DNA of 34,963 bases from an uncultured Bacilli bacterium (GTDB lineage: Bacteria > Bacillota_I > Bacilli_A > RF39 > UBA660), in NCBI GenBank assembly GCA_944329255.1, contig CALVIA010000001.1:1-34963 (forward strand), written 5' to 3'. The notes beneath the pieces were generated by a model. The model did not search any database, was not told the origin of the DNA, and worked only from the letters and a program-made list of their open reading frames with translations. The translations under genes were made by a program, and so were the position numbers. Shown here one piece after another: positions 1 to 8,253 of the stretch (position 1 is its first letter; each line of letters begins with the position of its first letter).

Positions 1-458
1 GTTGGTTCATCCATTATTAAAATTTTAGGTTTATTTAATAATGCCATAGCTATATTTAATCTTTGTTTCATCCCTAATGAATATGTTCTAACTTTATCAT
101 TTATTTTATTTGATAATCCAACTAAATCTACAATTTTATCTATTTCTAATTTATCTATTTTATATATTCTAGCTTTTAATTTCAAATTACTCATACCTGT
201 TAAATATGTATAAAAATTTTGCGAATCCATTACACTTCCGATTACTTTTATATTTTTTTTATAATTTAAATCCATATCATTATCATTTATAAATATTTTT
301 CCGGAATCTTTTTTTTGTAACCCTAAAATAATACTTATCAAAGTAGTTTTTCCAGCACCATTTGGTCCAAGCAAGCCAACAATGTCTCCATCTTTAATTT
401 GTATACAAATATTATTTAAAATATTTTTTTTACAAATATCTAAACATTTTAAAATCAT
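1..458 (-). CDS. ABC transporter ATP-binding protein (partial; C-terminus runs off the left edge)
   Basis: Minus-strand ATG at 458. My translation reads MILKCLDICKKNILNNICIQIKDGDIVGLLGPNGAGKTTL..., which contains Walker A (GPNGAGKT). Further on are an ABC signature-like YSLGMKQR and a Walker B ILIMDEPT at the window edge. This ORF is not in the supplied track because it is truncated. Confidence 0.85.
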   Translation of the reverse strand, partial: MILKCLDICKKNILNNICIQIKDGDIVGLLGPNGAGKTTLISIILGLQKKDSGKIFINDNDMDLNYKKNIKVIGSVMDSQNFYTYLTGMSNLKLKARIYKIDKLEIDKIVDLVGLSNKINDKVRTYSLGMKQRLNIAMALLNKPKILIMDEP

Positions 459-502
459 TTTTATCACCTAGTTATTTATTCTTGGTTAAAAATTATTTTC
501 CC

Positions 503-535
503 TTAAAAAAAAGACTTTTTAAAAGTCTTTTTCTG
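503..535 (-). terminator. Rho-independent terminator after the PFOR gene
   Basis: The minus strand reads AAAAAGAC-TTTTAAAA-GTCTTTTTTTTAAGG, a GAC/GTC-cored stem followed by a T-run. The hairpin contains the TAA stop at 519-521. Confidence 0.6.
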
Positions 536-3500
536 ATAAATTTTTATAATATTCAAATCTTTCTTTAACATCTTCTTTTAATTTTTGAAATAATATATTA
601 GCTTTTTCTTCATTTATTATTTTTAAAGCATTAAATCTTGTTTCATTATCAATAAATTTATCTAATAAATCAAAATTTGGTTTTTTACTATCTAAATTAA
701 ATTCTTTAGTTTTTCCGTTATATCTAAATAATGGAAAATATCCACTTGAAACAGCTAATTTTTGTTCTTCAATTTGACTTTCCATTCCTGTTTTTATGCC
801 ATGGTTGATACATGGAGAATATGCAATTATAATAGAAGGTCCATCATGTTTATCGGCTTCATTAAATGCTTTAATAACAGCATTCATGTTTGCCATTGAA
901 ATTTGTGCTACATATGCGTTTTTATAACACATTGCAATTCTTGCTAAATCCTTTTTATTATTTTCTTTTCCGTTAGATGTAAATTTTGCTATTGATCCTC
1001 TATTTGATGATTTTGATGATTGCCCACCAGTATTTGAATAAACTTCTGTATCTAACACCAATATTTTAACTCTATTGTTACTTGATAATACATGGTCTAT
1101 TCCACTAAATCCGATATCATATGCCCATCCATCTCCACCAACGATCCATATATCTCTTGAGATAATAAAATCTTTTAAATCTTTTAATTTAGATTCATTA
1201 AAATCAAAGCTATCATATACTTCTTTTGTTACATTATAATTATCATAATTTTCTAACCATTTTTTTATTAATTCTTTATTTTTACCATCTATTTCTTCTT
1301 CCATTATTTTTTTTACTTTTGTTCTATTGGAATAATACGATAACAACATACCATATCCAAATTCCGCATTATCTTCAAATAACGAATTTGCCCATGGAAT
1401 TTTGTATGGAATACTTGGAAAAGAAGCTCCATAAATTGATGAACAACCTGTTGCATTTGCAATTGCGATTTTTTCTCCAAATAATTGTGTTAATAATTTA
1501 ATATATGAGGTTTCTCCACAACCCGCGCATGCCCCACTAAATTCAAATTTTGGTGTTTTAAATTGTGTTCCCTTAACTGTAGAATTAATTTGTTCATTTT
1601 TTTCTTTTACTTTTAATAAATATTCAAAATTATTATTGTCATTTACTTCATCAAAATGAGACATAGTTATTGCCTTACTTGGACAAATATTAGCACAAAT
1701 TGAACAACCAGTACAATCTAATTTAGAAATTCCTATCGTATATTGATATTTAGATCCAATTGCATTCCTTAGATTATTTTTTAATGATTTAGGAGCAGAT
1801 TTTACTTCACTTTCATCTAGTAAATATGGCCTTATTACAGCATGTGGACATACAAAAGAACATTGATTACATTGAATACATTTATCTTTATTCCATACTG
1901 GAACCATTTCTGCAATTCCTCTTTTTTCGTATTTAGTTGTTTCTGTTATAAAACTACCATCCTTATAGGGAATAAAATCACTTACCTTTAATTTATTCCC
2001 ATCAAGAGAATTTATCATATCAAATACCTTATTAATTTTTTTATTTTTGTCATCAATAAATTCTATGTCATTAAATAATACTTTTATTTCAATTAAATTT
2101 TTTAAAGTTTTTTCAATAGCATCAATATTTGAATTTATTACTTCTTCTCCCTTTTTTAAAAATCTTTTTCTTACATTTTCTTTTATAAAATCTATATATT
2201 TTTCATATCCAGTTACGTACAAAATACAAGTTTCTAAAATTGTACTTATTTTATTTTTTAAGCCACATTTATTAGCTATACTATAAGCATCTATTGTATA
2301 AAATTTTATATTTTTTTCTTTTATTATTTTTTTTAAATTATTATCTAATAATTCATTTACCTCTTTTTCTTTTAAGGATGTTACGTATATAAATGTTCCA
2401 TTATCTTTTATATTAGATAACATATCATATTTTGTTAAATAGCTTTCTTTTGAACAAACAACCAAATTTGGATTATTTACAAAATATGTACTTTTTATAG
2501 GATTATTAGATATTCTTATATGACTTCTTGTAATACCTCCACTTTTTTTTGAATCATATTGAAAATAACCTTGAACATATTTTTTTGTATTATCACCTAT
2601 TATTTTTAATATATCTTTAGAACATGATACCATTCCATCTGATCCATATCCATATACTAAAAAATCAATTGAATTTGTATTTGTATGATATTCAGATACA
2701 GGAATACTCAAATTTGTTACATCATCCTCTATTCCAACAGTAAATCCATTAAAATTATTTTTTGATAACATAAAATCATATACTGCCTTTATATGCGCAG
2801 GATTAGTATCTTTACTTGATAATCCATATCTTCCACCAATAATATTAGGTTTATTTAAAACATTAGAATATATGCTTACAACATCAAGATAAAGAGGTTC
2901 ACCAATAGAACCCGGTTCTTTTGTTCTATCTAAAACTGCTATATTTTTTACTGTTTTAGGCATTGCATCAAAAAAATATTTAGATGAAAAAGGTCTATAT
3001 AAATGAACTTCCAATAATCCAATATCTTCTTTTAAATCATCTATTACTTCCTTTATTGTTTCACAAACACTTCCCATTGCTACTATTACTCTATTTGCGT
3101 TTTTATCTCCATAATATTCAAAAGGAGCATAATTTTTAGAAGTTTTTTTATTAATTTTTTTCATATAATCATTAACTATGTCTGGAAGTTTATCATAGTC
3201 TTTATTTCTTACTTCTGCCATTTGAAAATATACATCTTCCATCATAGCAGTCCCTTTTACCTTACTATTTATACTTAAGGCTTTATTTCTAAATTCAGTT
3301 ATTTTTTTAAAATCAATTAAATCTATAATATCTTCTTTTTCCAATATATTTATTTTATTTATTTCATGACTTGTTCTAAAACCATCAAAAAAATTTATAA
3401 AAGGAATACTAGCCTTTATAGAAGAAAGATAACTTATTATAGTTAAATCAGATACACTTTGTACAGATGAAGATGCCATTATAGCAAATCCTGTTGGTCT

Positions 3501-3893
3501 AACTGCATAAATATCTTGATGATCTCCTAATATGCTTAGAGCATGTGTTGCAATACTTCTTGCCGCAACATTAATAACACAGGGTAACATTTCTCCTGCT
3601 ATTTTATACATATTAGGTATCATTAAAAGCAATCCTTGACTAGCAGTAAAAGTTGTTGCAAGACTACCATTAGTTAATGCTCCATGTACAAATCCTGCTG
3701 CACCCGCTTCACTTTGCATTTCAATTACTTTTACTGGCATATCAAATATATTAGTCATTCCATTTGATGACCATTCATCAATATATTCTGCCATAGTTGA
3801 AGATGGAGTAATTGGATATATTCCTGCTATATCAGAAAACATATATGCGCTTCTTGCACAAGCTTCATTACCATCTATAGTTTTTATTATCAT
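519..3893 (-). CDS. nifJ: Pyruvate:ferredoxin (flavodoxin) oxidoreductase, single-chain PFOR
   Basis: About 1125 aa. It has two ferredoxin-type 4Fe-4S motifs (CIQCNQCSFVCP and CTGCSICANICP), a TPP-binding GGDGWAYDIG motif, and the typical N-terminus IDGNEACARSAYMFSDIAGIYPITPSS. I prefer the ATG at 3893 (MIIKTIDGNEA), which has AGGATGTGA upstream. The track start at 3917 overlaps the predicted -10 box. Confidence 0.93.
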   Translation of the reverse strand: MIIKTIDGNEACARSAYMFSDIAGIYPITPSSTMAEYIDEWSSNGMTNIFDMPVKVIEMQSEAGAAGFVHGALTNGSLATTFTASQGLLLMIPNMYKIAGEMLPCVINVAARSIATHALSILGDHQDIYAVRPTGFAIMASSSVQSVSDLTIISYLSSIKASIPFINFFDGFRTSHEINKINILEKEDIIDLIDFKKITEFRNKALSINSKVKGTAMMEDVYFQMAEVRNKDYDKLPDIVNDYMKKINKKTSKNYAPFEYYGDKNANRVIVAMGSVCETIKEVIDDLKEDIGLLEVHLYRPFSSKYFFDAMPKTVKNIAVLDRTKEPGSIGEPLYLDVVSIYSNVLNKPNIIGGRYGLSSKDTNPAHIKAVYDFMLSKNNFNGFTVGIEDDVTNLSIPVSEYHTNTNSIDFLVYGYGSDGMVSCSKDILKIIGDNTKKYVQGYFQYDSKKSGGITRSHIRISNNPIKSTYFVNNPNLVVCSKESYLTKYDMLSNIKDNGTFIYVTSLKEKEVNELLDNNLKKIIKEKNIKFYTIDAYSIANKCGLKNKISTILETCILYVTGYEKYIDFIKENVRKRFLKKGEEVINSNIDAIEKTLKNLIEIKVLFNDIEFIDDKNKKINKVFDMINSLDGNKLKVSDFIPYKDGSFITETTKYEKRGIAEMVPVWNKDKCIQCNQCSFVCPHAVIRPYLLDESEVKSAPKSLKNNLRNAIGSKYQYTIGISKLDCTGCSICANICPSKAITMSHFDEVNDNNNFEYLLKVKEKNEQINSTVKGTQFKTPKFEFSGACAGCGETSYIKLLTQLFGEKIAIANATGCSSIYGASFPSIPYKIPWANSLFEDNAEFGYGMLLSYYSNRTKVKKIMEEEIDGKNKELIKKWLENYDNYNVTKEVYDSFDFNESKLKDLKDFIISRDIWIVGGDGWAYDIGFSGIDHVLSSNNRVKILVLDTEVYSNTGGQSSKSSNRGSIAKFTSNGKENNKKDLARIAMCYKNAYVAQISMANMNAVIKAFNEADKHDGPSIIIAYSPCINHGIKTGMESQIEEQKLAVSSGYFPLFRYNGKTKEFNLDSKKPNFDLLDKFIDNETRFNALKIINEEKANILFQKLKEDVKERFEYYKNLSEKDF

Positions 3894-3916
3894 ATATTCA
3901 CATCCTATCATATACA

Positions 3917-3945
3917 ATTATAATACATTTAAATATTCATTACAA
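3917..3945 (-). promoter_or_regulatory. SigA-type promoter for the PFOR gene
   Basis: The minus strand reads TTGTAA (3945-3940), a 17-nt spacer, then TATAAT (3922-3917). It lies just downstream of the tsf terminator. Confidence 0.45.
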
Positions 3946-3954
3946 TGACTAATA

Positions 3955-3986
3955 ATAATAAAAAAGATAAGATTAATATCTTATCC
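3955..3986 (-). terminator. Rho-independent terminator after tsf
   Basis: The minus strand reads GATAAGAT-ATTA-ATCTTATC followed by TTTTTTATTATT. The stem includes the tsf TAA stop at 3981-3983. Confidence 0.6.
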
Positions 3987-4853
3987 ATTTATTTGTTTAG
4001 CAACCTCTTCAGCAAAATTATCTTCTCTTTTTTGAATTCCTTCTCCAACCTCATATCTAATCATATTCTTAATAATTCCACCTTTAGATTTAACATACTC
4101 ACTAACACTTAAAGAATCATCTTTAACAAAAGGTTGTTCAGTTAAACATACTTCTTTATAATATTTTTTAATTCTACCTTCGACCATTTTTTCAGCTATT
4201 TCAGCAGGTTTACCTTCATTTATAGCTATTTGTTTTTGAATTTCTCTTTCATGTTCTACATCAGCAGTTGGAACTGAATCAATACTTAAATATTTAGGTC
4301 TCATAGCAGCAGCGTGCATAGATACATCTTTTGCAACATCACTATCTGCACCTTCAATTACAGTTAATACAGCAATTTTTCCACCCATGTGAATATATGA
4401 ACCAAAATTTTCATTATCATTTTTTTCTATAATTTCAAATCTTCTAAAACTTAATTTTTCTCCAATTTTAGCTGTTTTATTTGTAATTGTATCTGCTAAT
4501 GTTCCTTCATTAGTTGATAATTTTAATGCTTCATCTATTGTTTTAACATTTGAATTAATTAGTAAATTAGAAATTGTATTGATTAATTCTTTAAATTCAT
4601 CATTTTTTGCAACAAAATCAGTTTCTGAATTTACTTCTATAATAACTGCTTTATTACCATCTATAAGAATATTAACAAGTCCTTCAGCAGCAACTCTATC
4701 AGCTTTTTTTGCAGCTTTAGAAATTCCTTTTTCTCTTAACCACTCAGAAGCTTTATCGATATTACCATTAGTTGCTTCTAAGGCTTTTTTACAATCAAGC
4801 ATACCAGCACCAGTTAATTCTCTTAATTCTTTTACCATACTTGCAGTAATCAT
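3981..4853 (-). CDS. tsf: Translation elongation factor Ts
   Basis: Canonical N-terminal UBA-like motif MVKELRELTGAGMLDCKKALEATNGNIDKASEWLREKG, at EF-Ts length (290 aa). GGAGG RBS upstream. Sits immediately downstream of rpsB as in most bacteria. Confidence 0.97.
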   Translation of the reverse strand: MITASMVKELRELTGAGMLDCKKALEATNGNIDKASEWLREKGISKAAKKADRVAAEGLVNILIDGNKAVIIEVNSETDFVAKNDEFKELINTISNLLINSNVKTIDEALKLSTNEGTLADTITNKTAKIGEKLSFRRFEIIEKNDNENFGSYIHMGGKIAVLTVIEGADSDVAKDVSMHAAAMRPKYLSIDSVPTADVEHEREIQKQIAINEGKPAEIAEKMVEGRIKKYYKEVCLTEQPFVKDDSLSVSEYVKSKGGIIKNMIRYEVGEGIQKREDNFAEEVAKQING

Positions 4854-4870
4854 AATAACCTCCTAAACAA

Positions 4871-5818
4871 CTATTTTAAACTTGCAATAAGTTCATCTTT
4901 TTTCATTTTTGAATATCCTTCAATATTCTTTTCTTTTGCCATTTTTTTAAGATCAGCAACTGTTAATTTAGTTAAATCAATTTCTTCTTTAACGGCTTTT
5001 TCTTTTTTAACAGATTCTTTCTTAACTTCTTTTTTTTCTTCTTTAGTTTCTTCTTTTACTTCTTTCTTTACATTTTCAACTGTTTTTTCTTTTTTAGAAT
5101 TTGTTTTTTCATCTTCAGTAACAAAATCTAACATTGGGCAACCATAAACTTCTGCGATTGCATTATTTAATACACCCATAACTACTTTTACAGCACGAAT
5201 TGCATCATCATTAGCTGGAATAACATAATCAACATCATCTGGATCACAATTAGTATCTACAATTCCAAATACAGGAATATGTAATCTTCTTGCTTCCTTA
5301 ATTGCGTTAATCTCTTTTCTAGGATCTACAATTATAATAGCTTCAGGAACTTTTTTCATATTACGAATACCACATAAATATTTATTTAATTTATCGTATT
5401 CTTTCTTTATCTTAATTACTTCTTTCTTTGGAAGTTGTTCAAAAATTCCATCTTTCTCCATTTTTTCAATTTCATCTAAACGATTGATTCTTCTTCTAAT
5501 TGTTCTAAAGTTAGTTAAAGTTCCACCTAACCATCTTTCATTTACATAAAACATATTAGTTCTTTCAGCTTCTTCTTTAGCAGCTTCTTGTGCTTGTTTC
5601 TTTGTACCAACAAATAATACCTTTCCACCATTTTCAGCAATTCTATGAAGTTCAGCATATGCTTCTTCAATTAATTTAACAGTTTTTTGTAAATCAATGA
5701 TATAAATATCATCTCTAGCAGTAAAAATATATTCTTTCATTTTTGGATTCCATCTTTTAGTTTGATGACCAAAGTGAACTCCAGCTTCAAGTAAATAACT
5801 TTTTGAAACTACTGTCAT
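4871..5818 (-). CDS. rpsB: 30S ribosomal protein S2 with a K/E-rich and Rho_N-like C-terminal extension
   Basis: S2 core motifs [28 protein letters not shown] and [33 protein letters not shown]. The true start is the ATG at 5818 (MTVVSKSY), preceded by AAAGGAGGAATGTAAT. The 21 codons upstream of it in the track ORF are not S2-like. Confidence 0.95.
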   Translation of the reverse strand: MTVVSKSYLLEAGVHFGHQTKRWNPKMKEYIFTARDDIYIIDLQKTVKLIEEAYAELHRIAENGGKVLFVGTKKQAQEAAKEEAERTNMFYVNERWLGGTLTNFRTIRRRINRLDEIEKMEKDGIFEQLPKKEVIKIKKEYDKLNKYLCGIRNMKKVPEAIIIVDPRKEINAIKEARRLHIPVFGIVDTNCDPDDVDYVIPANDDAIRAVKVVMGVLNNAIAEVYGCPMLDFVTEDEKTNSKKEKTVENVKKEVKEETKEEKKEVKKESVKKEKAVKEEIDLTKLTVADLKKMAKEKNIEGYSKMKKDELIASLK

Positions 5819-6070
5819 ATTACATTCCTCCTTTTGTTTTTTTCTTCTAGATACTTCTAATAAACACCACCATAAAGGCACTAGGCATTTAAATTCATAT
5901 CTATGTGTTTTAAAAAAGCCACTTGTATTATAACAAAATTAATTTTATAAAACAAGTGTATAATATTATATTATTATGATTTAATTAAATTATATTTATT
6001 GATTATATTTATATGAATTATGCAATTTATATTTTTAGTATTTATATTTACAAACACTATATATTTTTTA

Positions 6071-8200
6071 TTATAATCTAATAGGGTTAAAATCTATTTC
6101 TAATTTTATTTTATTTTTTTTATAGTTTATTATTTCATTTAATACTTCATATAATAATTCTTTATTTTTATATTTTATTATTAATTGAAATTTATATATA
6201 TTATTTATTTTTAAAGATACTGATGGACCTAATATAGTATATTTTTCATCTAATCTTTTTTTTAAATATTTATTTATTTTATCTATTTCTTTATTACATA
6301 AATCAAAATCCTCTGACAATAATCTAATTGCAACTAAAAAACAAAATGGTGGATAATTAAGTTGTTTTCTTATTTTAATTTCCTTATTAAAAAAGCCTTC
6401 ATAATCATGATTTTTTGCATACATTATTGAATAATGATTTGGATTATATGTTTGAATTAATGCTATTCCTTCTTTTTCTTTTCTACCAGCTCTACCAGAA
6501 ACTTGTGTTAATAAACTAAATGTTTTTTCTGAACTTTTATAATCAGGTATATTTAAATTTGAATCTCCATTTAAAACTATAACCAAAGTAACATTATTAA
6601 AATCTAGTCCTTTAGAAATCATTTGAGTTCCAAGTAATATATCATATTTACAATTATTAAAGTCATTAATTATTTTTTCATGCATTCCTTTATTACTTGT
6701 TGAATCTTTATCCATTCTTATTACTTTAACATTAAATTTTTCTTTTAGTAATTCCTCTATTTTTTCAGTTCCAATTCCTTTTAACAATATATATTTGGAA
6801 TTACAATTTGGACATGTATTTGGTTTTTGCTTTGTATATCCACAATAATGACATCTTAAGGTATTATTAGATTTATGATATGTAAGACTTATATCACAAT
6901 TTGGACATTTAATTACATTTCCACATTCATTACAAATAATATAATTAGAATATCCTCTTCTATTTATTAATATCATTATTTGTTCTTTTTTATTAATTCT
7001 ATCATTTATTAATTCAATTGCTCTATTTGATAAAATAGAATTTCCATTTTTCATTTCTTCTTTCATGTCTATTATTTCTACTTTTGGAAGTTTGTTATTA
7101 TTTACTCTTTTTAACAAAGTTATTAATTCATATTTTGAAACCTTACTTCTTGCATAACTTTCAAGTGATGGTGTTGCACTCCCTAATAATAGCTTTGCAT
7201 TATTTATTTCAGCTCTTTTTATTGCAATATCTACTGCACTATATCTTGGATTGTTTTCTTGTTTATATGTATCTTCGTGTTCTTCGTCAATTATTATTAT
7301 TCCTATATTAGTTAGTGGTGCAAATATTGCGCTTCTTGTTCCTATTGCTAAATTTACTTTATTTTCATTTATTTTTCTCCACTCATCATATCTTTCACCT
7401 TCAGATAAACTACTATGTAAAACTGCAATTTTATCAAAAACACTCCTAAATCTTTCTATTAATTGAGTTGTTAAAGAAATTTCTGGAACCAACACTATTG
7501 CCGTTTTATTATTATTTATGCAATCTTTTATTAAATGCATATAAACTTCTGTTTTTCCACTTCCTGTTACACCATACAATAAATTTATCATTTTATTACT
7601 TTTTTTAATTTTATCGTATGCTTTTTTTTGATCAACAGTTAATTTATTTAAATCTCTTATTTCAATATTTTCTTTATTTAACCTATAAATTTCTGTTTTT
7701 GTAGCTTTTAAAACATTATTTTCAATTAATCTTTTTAAAATTGCTTTGTTTTTTATTTCACTTATTTTAATAGCTTTATTATCTTTAAATAAATCTAAAA
7801 TATTTTTTTCTCCCCTTGTTGGAGCTTCTATATCTTTAATTTTTTCTATATAAGTTTCATATTTAATATTTTTATTTTTTTTATTAAATTTTATTGCACT
7901 AGGCAACATACTTTCATATGATGATATTAATGAACATAAATATGTTTTTTTCATATATTTACCTAATTCAATTAGTTCTTTATTTAAAATTGGTGTGTCA
8001 TCTATTATAGAAATAATTTCTTTTGTTTCAAATTCGCATTCATTTTTTATATTGATTATTAATCCTGTTATAATTCTATTTGATAGTGGTACTTCTACTC
8101 TACATCCCAATTTTATTTTATTTTCAATATTTTTATTTATTTTATAAGTAAATATTTTTTCTCCAAATGATTTAATGTTTACTAAGACATCTATATACAT
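6071..8200 (-). CDS. priA: Primosomal replication restart helicase PriA
   Basis: Walker A GVTGSGKTEVY and DEEH box IIIDEEHE. Cys-rich zinc-binding insert CNECGNVIKCPNCDISLTYHKSNNTLRCHYCGY...CPNC, and C-terminal helicase motifs TQVSGRAGR. 709 aa. Confidence 0.93.
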   Translation of the reverse strand: MYIDVLVNIKSFGEKIFTYKINKNIENKIKLGCRVEVPLSNRIITGLIINIKNECEFETKEIISIIDDTPILNKELIELGKYMKKTYLCSLISSYESMLPSAIKFNKKNKNIKYETYIEKIKDIEAPTRGEKNILDLFKDNKAIKISEIKNKAILKRLIENNVLKATKTEIYRLNKENIEIRDLNKLTVDQKKAYDKIKKSNKMINLLYGVTGSGKTEVYMHLIKDCINNNKTAIVLVPEISLTTQLIERFRSVFDKIAVLHSSLSEGERYDEWRKINENKVNLAIGTRSAIFAPLTNIGIIIIDEEHEDTYKQENNPRYSAVDIAIKRAEINNAKLLLGSATPSLESYARSKVSKYELITLLKRVNNNKLPKVEIIDMKEEMKNGNSILSNRAIELINDRINKKEQIMILINRRGYSNYIICNECGNVIKCPNCDISLTYHKSNNTLRCHYCGYTKQKPNTCPNCNSKYILLKGIGTEKIEELLKEKFNVKVIRMDKDSTSNKGMHEKIINDFNNCKYDILLGTQMISKGLDFNNVTLVIVLNGDSNLNIPDYKSSEKTFSLLTQVSGRAGRKEKEGIALIQTYNPNHYSIMYAKNHDYEGFFNKEIKIRKQLNYPPFCFLVAIRLLSEDFDLCNKEIDKINKYLKKRLDEKYTILGPSVSLKINNIYKFQLIIKYKNKELLYEVLNEIINYKKNKIKLEIDFNPIRL

Positions 8201-8224
8201 AATATCACCATAAATTATTATAAC

Positions 8225-8253
8225 AAAAAAGAGTGTCGTTTGACACTCTTTTT
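8225..8253 (-). terminator. Rho-independent terminator after the Cys-repeat gene
   Basis: GAGTGTC (8231-8237), loop, GACACTC (8242-8248). The minus strand continues with TTTTTTGTTA. It lies directly after the stop at 8252-8254. Confidence 0.65.

Noticed and set aside
5819-5881. N-terminal extensions implied by the longest-ORF track: rpsB 5819-5881, PFOR 3894-3917, PASTA gene 10215-10361, gatC 15283-15315, small basic protein 15633-15677, lemA 18715-18720, and the radical SAM GTG at 34887.
   Set aside because: In each case an internal ATG with a properly spaced Shine-Dalgarno sequence begins the recognisably conserved protein. The extension is hydrophobic or nonsense, or overlaps predicted promoter elements.
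5919-5958. A long imperfect hairpin (CACTTGT ... ACAAGTG with an inner AAAATT/AATTTT) followed by GCTTTTTT on the minus strand. It overlaps a TGTTATAAT -10-like box between priA and rpsB, and could be a priA terminator, an rpsB promoter or an S2 autoregulatory leader.
   Set aside because: The stem is interrupted and very AT-rich, and the loop is large. The terminator and promoter readings overlap, and I cannot tell them apart, or exclude chance, without transcript data or covariation. It is therefore not annotated as a feature.
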